NCBI RefSeq assembly: GCF_000181795.1
Contig: NW_003526943.1
Coordinates: 9,222,849 to 9,286,848 of the forward strand
Reading direction: 5' to 3'
Source of the DNA: Trichinella spiralis
Lineage: Eukaryota
DNA: 64,000 nt
The translations under genes were made by a program, and so were the position numbers. The first letter of the stretch is position 1. Each line of letters begins with the position of its first letter. The notes under the pieces are model-generated. The model saw only the letters and a program-made list of their open reading frames with translations, was not told the origin of the DNA and did no database searches. Positions 25,429 to 38,741 of this stretch are shown in pieces.

Positions 25429-27680
25429 TCAACGATTCGCTTTTTCCATACTCGTCACATTACCCAATCGAAAAGCACGATCTGATTTCTAAAAACCATC
25501 ACACGAATGAAGAACAGTAGTAGTAGTATTAAAAGATGAACAAATAAAATTCATCATTAATTATAAATTACCATCATAGCGATGTGATTCAACAACTTCT
25601 TAACTCTCAAATGTCCCCAAACAACATGATCACTCAAGCCAAGTATGCTGGCAGCGTGCAAAGCTGCTGATTCAGCGGAAATTGCAGTAGTGCATCCAAC
25701 ACCTGCTTAGATAAAAACGAAAAAAGTGAATAAATAAAATTGTCGATTGGAATATAATTTTCATCAAACCCACCGGCTGGAAGGCAAATAGAAGATCGGA
25801 AATCTTCAGATGAAGCCCGCTCATTGACTGGCGAACAATTGATCACCGGATAGGGGGTATTGCCGGCCAATAGTGCCGCAAGTCCGTTGTTGTTGCCAGA
25901 AACTACTATGAAAACTGTTGGAATTTGTCCACCTGAATGAAGAAGAAGAAAATATTTTCATAATTTCTAATAATACTTGCTTATCATTTCATTCTCATCA
26001 TCATCGGACAGCGCCGCAATTTAAATTAATCAAGGATTTAAAAGTATTACTTTCAAATTCGGTCAGCATTTTCATCGTCTTGTTGGTACTTTTGTGAGCT
26101 GAAGTAACTCGTAGAAAGCAAGGCACGCCCAAGCGGAGCAAATGTGCGCGTATTTCTTCGCAAAAGTTGCTATCACGTTCGCATGCCATCAACACAATCG
26201 CACGACCAACAGGCGCAGTTCTGAATTGCTGAATAAAAGCAGAAGCTTTTGCATATTAAAAACAAACAAATTAATAATCAACTACTTTCAGTTTCTCAAC
26301 CACCCAAGTATAATTGCCTTTTAATTCAATCAAATGCTTCTCTTGTACATCGGTCAAATCACGATAAAACTGCTTGTCCAGTTGCAATCGGTTGTCATCA
26401 CCAGCCCAAAGAAGCCAACTGTCGCTGTCAATCACATCAGCCACAATTATGTTTCCTGTAAAATTATTTTTCAATAAATTTATAAAATTGTTTTACTGGC
26501 AAGATGCCATCTGAAAAACGCAACCACTGCCACGTCAAACGTCGACGGACACTTGCCTGTCAACGGATCTACGCCGAATTCAACCTTCAAATCAACCAAC
26601 GTGCATCCAAAAGTTAGCCACGCCCTTTCCAACACTTCAAACACAGTGGAACATACGCAAGTCATCAAATTCACCTCTGCCTGTTCGATCGTTATGCCGC
26701 TTACAGTAAGTCCGGATTCGATCAACGTTTCTCGAGACCACAGATGATCACCGGCAGCATCATCCTGAAAACAGCCAATCAGGAGGTTGAAAAAAATTTT
26801 TTAAATCAACAAGCACAAATGGAAAAAAACACACACTTTGCACAGAAGCGTATCAAAATATGAACTATTATAATTTTATGACATGTATTTGAAATTAGTG
26901 ATTATAAAACTGGTTTTATAGTTTTATATACTGTTCAAATGTTGAAATCTTTTACCGCAGCTAACTTTAATCTGTAAAAATCATAATAAATGTCACACAG
27001 AGCATTCGATAAATTGAATTCAGCGTATACTGTATACTAAAATTAAACTCAAATATTAAAAATAATATTTTAAGAAACAGAATCAAGCAATGCTTGAGTC
27101 AAATCGTTTGTTGAATCGATAAAGAATTTAACGCAACAAAATAAAAACTTGCTGCACTAACTTTGTAAAATATTTCCACTTTTGGTGGATAAAACACGTA
27201 GCCTTCTTTAACTGCTGGATTTCTTCTCAAATACGATCCGGCTGCGACGCGTCTAACAACCCATTCAAGTGGCAACATAACGCATCGTTTTGCAATAAAT
27301 TCAGTATCACTGTGCTTTTTCATATAATGTGTTCTGATGCCTGAAGTTTTGATTTCGAAAAAATGTCATTTACAACAACAGTTTTCACTCACCTAGCATG
27401 TTCAAGTATTCGAAAACTATGCACGTTGTCGCGTTGCTCAGTGCAGCTTTACCATCCACTGCGTAACGTTGTTCCGCAGAAAATGCGGTGACGAAATCTT
27501 TGCTTTGCACCAGCACAAAACTGCTGTCAGAAATTTGCAAAACTGTTTTGGTCTTGCCTTCGGAAATATTTTTGCAATCTTCCAACCCTTAAAAAGCACC
27601 ACTAAGAACAACTGTTTTACAACATATTTTTTACGATAGCCAATACTGAATTGAGGTATCCCTTGTTCATCTGATTCCAT
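25429..27680 (-). CDS. PAICS: Bifunctional SAICAR synthetase/AIR carboxylase (PAICS/ADE2-like; multi-exon)
   Basis: [41 protein letters not shown]...[29 protein letters not shown] and PVINCSP. The first and last exons are inferred from splice sites. Confidence 0.88.
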
Positions 27681-28146
27681 TGGGTGAAATGGAGCGAGTT
27701 TTTTAATCGCGATCGACGTGCAAAACTACGATGCAGCAGTCAAAATAAAACGTACAGTACGTTATGCTACTTGCGTTTTGTTTAATTACAGAAAACTGTC
27801 GTCCAACACTAACACAAAGTTGAAACGCATATTAATGAAATCTTAATTTAAAATTTAATAAGACAAAATAACACAAAGAAGAAATGAAACATACTGTTAA
27901 TTAATGTAAAAAGTAAGCTGTTAGGAAATCTTTAGTTCAAACTTGAAGATCCCTTTTGTAAGTGGACTGTATGTTTTTATTTATAACGATGCAAAACAAT
28001 GAATGTTGTTTTGTTCAACTTAATTTTAATCAGTTGAATCAAGAACGGGGAATAATACAGTAGCTGAATAGCAGTTTGAAATGTTTGCAAGGCTAACTTT
28101 CTTGCTTCTCTTATTTCCTCCCTACTCACTTTTATTTATACATGTT

Positions 28147-30089
28147 TGTTGACATCATTCCGCGTTTTATGGCTCAAATTTTCGAGGAAAAATATAATTA
28201 AAATGGGTTGTTTGTGCAACCGTTTAATCTGTGTGGCTCCGGTGATTGGAACAGCCGCGCTGTCAGTAACTGAGCCCCGAGGTTGTGATAGGTATACAGC
28301 GTGGACCCTAACCCTTTGACCGTTTTATTGCCATTCCATTGTCCACTATCAAGAAAAAACAAGGGTGTCAACTTACATTGCGTCACTATTGTTTTGTTGC
28401 AGTAAACAATATTTTGATCGTAGGGAGTTTAAAAATTGATAAGCAGGTATAGAGAAAAGATTTCTCAACACCTCCCACCCCAAAAAGGTCAACGGGGTTT
28501 ATGCATCACCGGATGGTTCCACCAGGCGGAGTGATCTATCCGATCGGGTTCCTGTTCCTTGTTTGGTTTGCACCGTTGCCGATCTGACTACACCGTCTTC
28601 ACTCGGGTGGATCTCAATGATCCTTCCGATGGGCTATTTGACCCATGCAGTACCGGGTTCGTGCATTAGCACAATATCACTCACTCTGGGCTCTTGTTGA
28701 GTTTTGCGCCATCTTCCACGTGTGGTCAGGGTGGTGACATACTCTTGCTTCCATCTTTTCCATAGCTGGGCAATCAGGCGTTGCTGATACCGCCATCTCC
28801 GTATCAAGTGGTTCACTCCACTTGTGATGTCATCACGCCGGTAGATCCTGGTTCTCAAATTCGGTAGTCGTGAAAGCTCATGGCCGATTAAGAAATGGGC
28901 CGGAGTTAATGCTGCTTCACCGGAGATGTCATCACCCATGAACACCAGCGGTCTATCGTTGATGCGCGCCTCGATTTCACACAAGACAGTGTGGAGCTCG
29001 TCATATTTGAGGAGGGCTCCTCGAATTGTCTTTCGCAGCGCATTCTTGATAGATCGGATGAGTCTTTCCCAATAACCACCGCACCAAGGGACTCTTGGTG
29101 TGATGAATTTCCACCGGATCCGTTCCTCGTTGAGCTTGCGTTGCAGTTTTTCCCCGTCGGAATTTCTGAACAGGCACTGGATGAATATGTCTGCCAGTTT
29201 GAAAGACCGGAAGTTATCGGATTGTATCACTCGGGGTCGGCCTCTGCGGGAGATAAATCTCCGAAGACCTTGTAAGAAACTGTCTGTTGTCTGCTCTCTC
29301 AGGAGCTCTAGACGTACCGCTCTGGTCGTCATGCACGTAAATATGCAGACGTAGGCCTTGTTCACTCGAGTATCGCGCCCCTACACGTCTGGGCAGACAA
29401 ACAGTGGACCTCCAAAGGCCACACCGGTATGGCTGAATGATGGTGATTCTGTCACTCGGTGGGCCGGCAAGTCACCCATTCGGAGTTGCATCGACTCTGC
29501 GACATACCGGGCATGAACGGATCACCTTCTTCGCCGCGTTTCTGGCTCTGACGAACCAAAATCTTGTTCTGATGGCTACCAGGGTCTGATTGACGCCAGC
29601 ATGCATCTGCCTGACGTGGTGGTCCTTGATTAGCAGCTCTGTCACCGGGTGATTGTGTGGGAGGATGATTGGATGTTTGGACTCTGGAGGCAGAGTGGAT
29701 CGCCTCAGACGTCCGCCCATCCTCAGCAAACCATCTTGATCTGAACACGGTTCAAACTCCCTCATTTGTTCAACAGAGTAGGGCTTGATGTCGAACTCCT
29801 TCACCTGGACCTCTCTGAGCCATCGTGCTTCTGCGTCTGATAGTTCCTGGGTAATTGAGTCTGCGGGTGGTTTGAAGGTGAGGATATCCTCATCCTTCAT
29901 CCAATAGACCCCGATAGTTTTTCCGATTTCCCTTTCACCGTTTCTCTCGAAAGTGTAGCTAGCAATTCTGTATGGTTGCTGGTCCATTTCTGAAGGTGGA
30001 AGCCACCTTTCCTAAGGAACATCGGTACTCTGCGGACAGGTCTCTCACCTCAGCTTCCTTATTGCAACTTATTACCAGATCGTCTACAT
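28147..30089 (-). mobile_element. BEL/Pao LTR retrotransposon 3' remnant (RT fragment, integrase, PPT, 3' LTR 28470-28147)
   Basis: VDDL RT motif at ~30075-30089. GLLRMGGRL...HPIILP...HAGV...CPVC is the integrase zinc finger. KAYVCIFTCMTTRAVRLE...SDN...WCGGYWERL...LTPAHFLIG...WKRWKQEY is the Pao integrase/DUF5641. PPT GGGGTGGGAGG precedes an LTR with TGTTGA...TCAACA ends. Frameshifts and deletions are present. Confidence 0.9.
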
Positions 30090-30226
30090 CAGTGATTCCC
30101 AAAGTGGTTGATATAGCCCCCTTGTGGGCGGTTGAAGGCTGGAAGGGGGCGATGGGAAGTAAGGGGGCACTTGGGGGGGCGTTGGAAAATAATGGAGCAC
30201 ATTGGAGGGGGGCACTTGAATACTGT
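30090..30226 (+). mobile_element. hAT (Charlie/Buster-type) terminal fragment or MITE
   Basis: Starts CAGTGATTCCCAAAGTGG (Charlie/Buster-like TIR) followed by GGGGGC-rich subterminal repeats. The preceding 8 bp, GTCTACAT, fit the Buster nnnTAnnn target pattern. The right end is degenerate. Confidence 0.6.
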
Positions 30227-30282
30227 GTTTTATGTTTTGTGTTTATCTTGAACGTTTGTTCTTCTTCGGTTCCACTGTTCAC

Positions 30283-30760
30283 TTATTGGTCGTTGACCAC
30301 GCTATTTTATTGGATCGTGAAATCTTTGTCGTATTGGTTTTCCTTGTCTGATTGCTCATTGATTCAAATCTTTCCCTTGTGATTAGCTGTAATATTTTTT
30401 CATTTCATTCGTTCAAATATTCTATTTTAGACTACGTAACTTTAATAGTAGTGACGTAACATAAAAAATGGAAATATTATTCCAAAATTTTATTGTCTGT
30501 TTGAAGTTTCGTCATTCATTGAAATTTTGTTTATTTAAATATATTATTTGTGGTGAAGTTTATACTTTTTCATGATCAGCATTCCCGAAAATAATTTTTA
30601 TCATTATTCTATATTTTACTGTACCAAAGTGACGTTATATCAAATGCGATAGTAGTAATTCAGAAAAAAACAATACAAAAAATAAGTTAAATAGTGATTT
30701 TTATTTTTCACTAGCCAACAGCAGCAACAATAGTAAAGAACAGCCAACAACAACAATAAT
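30283..30760 (-). repeat. Dispersed repeat copy 1 (CCAAT-array family)
   Basis: The reverse complement of 30283-30456 matches 59490-59663 and 61395-61552. 30470-30760 matches ~61045-61375. Confidence 0.85.
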
Positions 30761-30980
30761 AAACAACATATCAGTGGACGACATTAACAAAGTGGTATCA
30801 GGGTGATTTCAAAATTGCAAATTATTGCTTGTGGATAAAGATTGACCCTAAGGACGGCCGCTTTGTTTATTAAAGCTTGAAAAATAAACTCTTTTTTCCC
30901 GATATCTTTACCGTACATAGCAACAGACTGCTGGCACCAGCTTACTCCGCCACATGGCATGGATGATAAAAAGCTTATTG

Positions 30981-30990
30981 NNNNNNNNNN
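30981..30990. other. Assembly gap (10 N)
   Basis: Run of N in the sequence. Confidence 1.
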
Positions 30991-31492
30991 ATTCAAAATG
31001 GTGAATATTAACTTTTTGATAGGAAAAAATCGTATATATACTTTTTATGAAAAATCATTAGCCTGATATTAATTTTATCAACACCAATCAATAGTTGTTT
31101 CATAATCATGTAAGGTTATTTTTACATTGTTGAATTTATGAGCTAATAATAATATAAAAAATTTTGTACAACTGCTTCACGGTTGAAAAAAAAAACAAAC
31201 TGAAATCATTTTTTTACATAATCTCGTAATAATTTTAAATAAATGAAATAAAATTTTAAAGAATTTATTTATTAAGCTTATTTATAAATTCTGAAAAATT
31301 AAAATATACAATTTATTTTCATAATGATATTATTTCGTGTTTATAAACTTTATTTTGTTTTCTGCATGCAGTGAGCGCACTTTAAAGCACTGTATAGTTT
31401 AAATATGCATTGAAAAGTTTATCGTTTAAATTTCACTTTAAAAACACTTACATATTACATATCTGATCGACGATGCAATGACTATTTTAGAG

Positions 31493-32325
31493 ATGGAAAG
31501 CCAAAGGAAAAGTGGTTTTCCGACTGAAGGTAAAATTTTTAATTTTAATTTTATTTTATTAATAATTAGTCATAAAATTATTTTCTACGTAGTGTTGACT
31601 TTTAATTCAGTTCGGTTTTTCTTATTTTTTTGTATTGGTTTTTTGCAGCGGTGAACAGAAGGCAAAGATTCAGATTTGATGAAGCCGTATTGTATTTTCT
31701 TAACATGCTACTTGTTACAATTGGAGTGGGTGCAATGATCATTTCGCTTTATACTTATAATGAAAACATCCAAAAAGCATTAGAAAACGTATTAAATCAA
31801 CCAGAAACGCTGATAAGCACGAATTCTTTCTATTACTATGTTAATCACACTGTCAGTATTGGTGCTGTGCTTGCCACTTGTGGTGTTTTAGGATTTTTTA
31901 GCGTTTGCTGTAAAAACGACTGCTCTCTTATCATGCATCTCATATTTATAGTATTAGCGATTATTTATTCGATCACTGCTATCTTTTTCCTCTTATCTGA
32001 AAGAGCAAAGATAGAAAGTTCCATTATGATTGTATTTCAAAAGCAAGTATTGCAAAAGTATCATACTGGCAATGCAGAATTGGATAAGCTTTTGGATGCT
32101 ACGCATATAATGTTTCAATGCTGTGGTGCAGAAGGATGTAAAGATTTTGAAAAACCGCCATCAAGTTGCAATTGCACGGAAAAAAATGAAGTTGTTGGTT
32201 GTATGACAGCAGTAGGTGACGTCGTCAGTACTGTTCTCACTTCACTACTTTTTGGTGGCACGGCACTGTTATGTCTTGAAACGTTGATTTGGATGATGGC
32301 TTGCTATGTTTACCAAAACGATTGA
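31493..32325 (+). CDS. Tetraspanin (exons 31493-31529, 31649-32325)
   Basis: Four hydrophobic segments, GVLGFFSVCC at TM2, and a large extracellular loop with the CCG motif (FQCCGAEGC...PSSC...GC). A phase-1 intron joins MESQRKSGFPTE to AVNRRQ. Confidence 0.85.
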
Positions 32326-32575
32326 AAAAAATGCTAATTAATTATCAGAAATACCATTATTGTTATAATTTTATTAACCAGAATTTAAAATTTTCAAGTA
32401 AAAAATAAAAATGCTTATACAGTATTCCACTATTTGAGTAATTCTGTTAATGCTAATTAAAGCTGCTTGCTTCCACAAATAAAAAAATTTTCAATTAAAA
32501 AAGTAAAATTTTTGTTTTCAGAGTTGATCAAATCAGAAATTCAGAATAGAAAAAATTTCAGAATTCAAAATTATA

Positions 32576-33329
32576 TAGTTGTATCTCAACATTCGCGATA
32601 TATGCGCTCCGGCGGTACTGCGAATGCTTGCCACTTCTATTCATACGCTCCGCTTATTATATAGCAGAATTGCCTAAAAATTGCATGGAATATCACAGAA
32701 CGTGTACTGATTTGAATGTTAGATATTTATCTATTTATTTATTTAATTTATTATTTTTATTCATTCGATTGAACACACAGCATTCTGAATCATGGGTGTG
32801 CTCCCATGTGCAAGCTTGCCAGAACTATCTGGACTGTCATTTAATCTTTTAAAAAGCATTGCTATCGAAAGTGGTCTTCCTTTTTTTCATTTTTTACAAA
32901 ATTCGCTCGGACCGATACCACAACAAGCAGAGAGACAGCAACAGTAAATAGAAAAATCAAAGCTCAGTAATAAACAAAAACTACTGCCTAGGAAACTAGC
33001 AGTACATCAACAATATGTAGGCATAAGTCACGGTAAGCGTCTATAGCATCATGCATTACGTATTTACTCAAATTTTGCGTTCTTCTCACGGTGTGTTGGA
33101 CTGTGCTAGCCTGGGAGCGGCTGTTCTAAGCTTACCATCAGTTCAGGAATCATGCGATTGCAGCTGCCTTAAACCGGCTTTTCGATCCACTTCGATCTGT
33201 TGGCTGTTGTTATGAACGAATCCACTCATTAATGGTCATCGACACGCTAGATGTAAAGAACTCGAGTTTTTATTTACTCCGCTTCTTTCAATAATATCAA
33301 TCACCTGATCTCAAATCGAGGACCGACTG
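32576..33329 (-). mobile_element. pogo/Tigger-like MITE, decayed copy
   Basis: The right end GAGGACCGACTG|TA is the reverse complement of the family TIR (CAGTCGG.CCTC). The left end contains CTCAACATTC, and 32629-32665 matches the reverse complement of 35865-35906. Confidence 0.6.
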
Positions 33330-33499
33330 TATTTTGTAAAAGAAATCAACTTAAAATATTAAAATGCGCTGTTTTTCATTCACAATAAAGTATATACATA
33401 AATTTATAAATTTTTATAACATTAAACACCATAAAATAATAAAACGATCATGTATGACAACAGACAACAAAGAAGGAATGTTAATATCAAAGTTACACA

Positions 33500-36245
33500 T
33501 AACAGTATACACTCTGTATGAACGATCTTCCAGATATCGTAATTGTCAGTGGAAACTGTTGACATATTGATGGCGCTTTTCTAAACGATTCATTATGAAC
33601 AAAAAATTGCAAAATAAAACATATTTAATTATACTCCAATAAACTATTTTGCTTTCTTACCAAAAATTTGAGCCTATCTGACGCCTCTCGTCCCCTGCGT
33701 TTCATCATTTCTAACTTGAAATTCATATAATCCTATTTCTAGAATTCCTGAACTGTACGTAAAGCTGCACGTGCTACACTATAGAGGATACATTTAGCTC
33801 AATGAAATGGGGCACAGAAATATGCTAAAAATGCATATTATGCTACTTAATTCATTCCCGTTTACCAAAGAACCGAAATGCTTTTCTAACAAAAACAGAA
33901 AAACCATCGTCATCACCAATCGAGCATTCTGAGGAATTTTACATTTGCACGTTCATATTGGTAAGGGGGCATTATTTAAAGCAATCATAAAAATATGAAG
34001 AAATCTAAATTATTACCCCAAAGCAATTTTGAAATGCACCGAAAAAATGATTTGTTCAGTTGCAGAACTTGCTAGCATAAATGTGGCTAATTATACAACG
34101 GATTGAAACTTCTAATAAATTCAAAAACAAATAAAACAAACGGCAGGCAGAATGAATGATAACAATAAAACTGGAAAACAGATAAAGAGATATCAGCCTA
34201 ACTATTTTGCAAAGTATTATGAACAAAAAATATAAAAAATTATTTATCCAAGCAAGCTTGAAATAAATAGCAAAAGTAGTCTGTCAGATTTAGTAAAAGT
34301 ACTAATCGTATGTTCGTATGTTGCACTGAAAACCATTAAATTAGTAGTCATCGGTACTTTCAACAAAAATGCTTCCATCATCATCAGTGCCGTTTATTTC
34401 TAAACATTTCACTACAGTTTACTTCGCTGAATGATACTAGGAAATATAACTGTGAAAAAGTGCAATTAAATGATGCCAATAAGTTTCTCTCACTTATTGA
34501 CCACACCCTTGTCCCTATACAACACCGGATTACTTCCCAGTAAGTGATAAAAATGATTCTCGTATTTCACTTTTACTATACTGATCAATTTCATAAGCGC
34601 AGCGCTATATTGTGGAACTATTTGGTCACTTAAACTTACACCAAAAAAACAATTCTAGCACTAGTAAAAATTTCAAAAACAAAAAGAAATGAAATGAAAT
34701 AGCCAGTATTCTCAGGAAACATTCATAACTTGGCAAAAATTCAAAAAGTTCGTGTAAAAACCTGCAAAAGTTGTTCAGTATTCTCTTCTAAAGACGGCAG
34801 GATGGTCACCACTGAAGAATTATCTTCAAAAAAATTCTAAAAATAAATAATATTCCATATACATATACAATATATATAATTCAAAATTAAAATATTCAAT
34901 TAATTTTTATTTAAACGTTACTTCTCATTCTCTTTTTAAATTTCAAAACTTTATATCACAAATTTTCGACAAAAAATATTTAAACTTGGAAAAAAAATTT
35001 CCATTCAAATTTAAATCACTTCTTTTAATTACAAGACATTTAAAAAATGCCATGTACAAAAATATTTTTAAAAAAAGCACCCTCCACTTGAAAGTATCTT
35101 ATTCATTATGTCATTTAATGTGCAATTGAATATTAAGTTTATAATGCAAACCATCGGTACAATTTTTAAATACGTTTGAATAACTTTGAACTGAATAAAT
35201 AAAAATCAAGTTAATCAAAATAATTCGTCAAGTGCCTCTTCTGTGTAATGTATATACAGTCGGCCCTCAACATTCGTAGATTTGATTATTTGCGTCAAAA
35301 AGATAAACCCTATTTTTAGACCCTAGTATGCATGTATGCTGTGGATCTGCAGGTTCTGCGCAAGGTTGTTTCCGCTTATGAGGTTCCACAGCATAACAGT
35401 AGTAATAACGACTTAACCAAACTAGGAGGCTAAATAACCGCTACTAATGCTAAGATGACAAAAATAAAAACATTAGGGTGAAGGGAAAGGAGGCGCTGCG
35501 AACAGGAGGTAAGTTTACGGCAGCACCGATTCCGTGATTCCAGACTGGTCAACTATTCCAAACATGTCTGGAAGTGCAGAATTTCCACTTTCATGCTAGC
35601 ATCATACAGCGTGAAAATAACGCAAAATTGGAGTAAATGCGTAATGCATGGAGTAAATACTATAGTCAGAAGTTTTTTAAAAAAGATACACTGGACAGAC
35701 AGTCCAGCCACTTCTGGCAAGCTTGCATGCAAGAACACGCCGATGATTTTAACTGTTACACACTCAATCAAATGAGTAAAAAATAAATACGGGATACATA
35801 TTTAGCATGCAAATTAGTAGACGGTCAGTGATATTACTCCTTGCAGCTTTAAAACAACTGCGTAGGATTATATAGCATCGGCGGGGTGTATGAATAGAAG
35901 CGGCACGTGAATGTTGAGGGCAGACTGTACTTCATTCCTTGTGCACTTTTGATTATAGAAATAATTAAATAAATATTTCAGCATTTCTTATTTATGTCAA
36001 CCTAACAGTATCATTAACAAAAATTCATTCGAAATAAAATTGCATACTTCAATATTCAGCGCATCACCGGCTCGAACATGAAACGACGCATGAGAAATGA
36101 ATGACCCTTTCCAAATGAAATCTGCGCCGCATATGTGGCATACAAATTCACCGTACTTATTGTGAAGCTTCTCATGAGTGCGCAAACTTGAATAGCACTT
36201 CAACGGTTTATGGCAAGTATTACAACAGTAACTTTTTCTTTCCAT
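33500..36245 (-). CDS. C2H2 zinc-finger protein (two fingers in exon 1; downstream exons tentative)
   Basis: Exon 36245-36048 reads MERKSYCCNTCHKPLKCYSSLRTHEKLHNKYGEFVCHICGADFIWKGSFISHASFH, followed by a GT donor. In-frame open candidate exons lie at ~35190-35080, 34837-34762 and 34660-34495. The 3' end is poorly resolved. Confidence 0.5.
35257..35927 (+). mobile_element. Non-autonomous pogo/Tigger-like (Tc1/mariner superfamily) element, 671 bp
   Basis: TIRs CAGTCGGCCCTCAACATTC / GAATGTTGAGGGCAGACTG (18/19 match), flanked by a TA duplication on both sides. Confidence 0.85.
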
Positions 36246-36997
36246 TGTTACCAATTCTGTTAACGTTAGTCTTCATAAATGCTTTGTCATTTCGATATTA
36301 ATTTCATACCGACAAACAACATTTACAAGAAATTACGCAAGCATTCAAAAACTATGGTCCGTCACGCTTCGTGCACAAAAAACATAAATTCCAAAATCAC
36401 TAATAACTACCTACTTTTGATTGGAATATTTTAAATTAAAGAACACACAAAACAACTCTCATTACCATTAACAAGATTATGGTTCCGTTTATCAGTCAAG
36501 AGTACTGTAGATATTTCATGATTGCAAGTTAAATAATGATTTACATAAAACAGTTATCACTATTATACTTCATTTTACAAAAAGTCAGTTGATTTAAGCG
36601 CAATTTGATTTTCAAAATACTTGAAACAATTCATACTTTATAATACCATTTTGAATAATTCAATTTTCGTCTCACTATATCGTTTTGTAAAGTATATGAC
36701 GTCGATCGAAAAAAAATACATTCAAAATATGAATAAAAATCAGATAAAACAATGTTATATTTCACTAATTCATTAATTAATTAATTAATTTCCTCTAAAA
36801 TGAAAACATTTAATAGTGGAATTACTACTATTAAAAAAATTTCTAAAATGTCATAGTTTCAGCAATTCCAAATTCTTCTGATATAGATAAAATTAAGTGC
36901 ATAAGTGACAATTTAAAATGTACAGAAAGTAAGCGAAACAATAAAAATAAGCTGCAGAATGACAATTTCCACTGTAATTGAGCGAACAATTTTCACC

Positions 36998-38741
36998 TCA
37001 CACTAACGCATTTGGCAATATTCCATATCCATTTCTCAAAGTGACAGCACTTTCATACCTGAAAGAAATAATTACTAAATTTCGTTCAAATTGTTCAATT
37101 TACTCAAATATTCTGTATTCAAAGAAATTAATATTCAATTACACATTGTAAAAATTACCCATCTATAGAAGAAAATGCTTAATATTACTTGTTCACACTT
37201 ACAAAATTCAATATATTATTACTAGTACGTAAAAATTAAAAACTGAGCCATTTAAACTAAAATATTACATTAAATCAATGAATTACAAAAGCATACTTTT
37301 CAGTCGTTTCAAAAAGGCGGTACAAATAGTTGTAATCTGGTTCACTTGCAAAATCAAGCGAGCGACAATACTTCATGTAGTTGGAAAATGCAGAAGGCAA
37401 ACCCTATAACATATTTTAAACCATGCACAAATTATCAGACCAAACAGTAGAACAATTAATCAGTAACTCTGGAAACAACATTTAAAAAATTGAAAAAAAT
37501 TAATACAAATCTTCCAACAATACCTGACAAAGATGCTGTGGTTTCATTCTTATTTTCATACTGGCTACCTCCATATTTTGTTCAGCAAATGAAGTCATCT
37601 AAATATATAAATAAATTATATATATATAAAGGCATGTAGATATGTGTTCCAAATCAATTCTTCCACTTAAATTATACAAACTTATAATGTTAATGACGTG
37701 CAGAAAGAGAAATATCATTTGAGTTACAAGATAATTCTACAAACTAGTAACATTTTATAAATTTAAAATTACACTACTCAACTATTATTACTATTTATTT
37801 ATTCATCCGAACTTAATACAAAATAATTAGTAATATTAGACACTAAACAAACGTCGACGAATAATACCTGCATATCTTGCCATGGCAGTTTGCCTTTAGC
37901 CAGATATGTAAGGATATATCCAACAGTCTGCAAATCATCTCTACGACTTTGCTGAATTCCCAAGTGAGCACTAATGGACATATATCTGAGAGTTCCCATT
38001 ACGGGTAACTTCTCACGGTATGCAATGTGCGAAAACTTACATTTACTCACTCGGTAACGTACTGCACAACCAAAGTCAATTAATGATACCTAAATTTAAA
38101 AAAGTTACAAAATTCCTAACTAACCTAACCGAAAAACAAGCAACTTCATGTGTTGATAAATCACGTTGGCGCAAAAGTATGTTTTCAGGCTTCAAATCGC
38201 GGTGGATAAAACCTCTTTCATGTATAAACTGTATCGCTTTAATAATCTTGAAACATCAAAAAAAAATTAGAAGCACATTAAATAATGCAAAAACTCGAAC
38301 CTGTACTGCATACAAGCAAACATCCGTCAATAGAAGTTCACGGTTTCTTGCTTCTAAAACATCCTCCATGTTTGGACCTAGCAATTCCATTGATAAATAG
38401 AAATTTAAATTATCCGTACCAAAATGCCTAAAATTTCACTTTTAAATGAAAATGATTATTTATTGCAAAACTTCACAACTTTATTGCTGGTACAAACGAA
38501 CTACCAGATAAGAACTTGTAAACTTTTTTCTCAAAGCATAACATGGATGATTTTTCCATTCGCTTCTCAATTTTTATGGCAACTTCCTAAATGTGTTTTT
38601 ATAATATAAGCGCATTATGATAAAAAAACTCCATACCTCTTTCGTCACTTTGTCCATACCAACATAAACAACACCAAAGGTCCCTTTCCCCATCATATAA
38701 TTTAATTTAAAACGATTATGAGAGGTACTTTCAAAATTCAT
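36998..38741 (-). CDS. Casein kinase 1-family Ser/Thr kinase (multi-exon, divergent)
   Basis: GKGTFGVVY, EVAIKIE, MELLGPNMED, FIHRDLKPENIL, LIDFG, GTLRYMSISAHLGIQQSRRDDL, GKLPWQ and YCRSLDFASEPDYNYL are CK1 hallmarks. The last exons are tentative. Confidence 0.88.
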
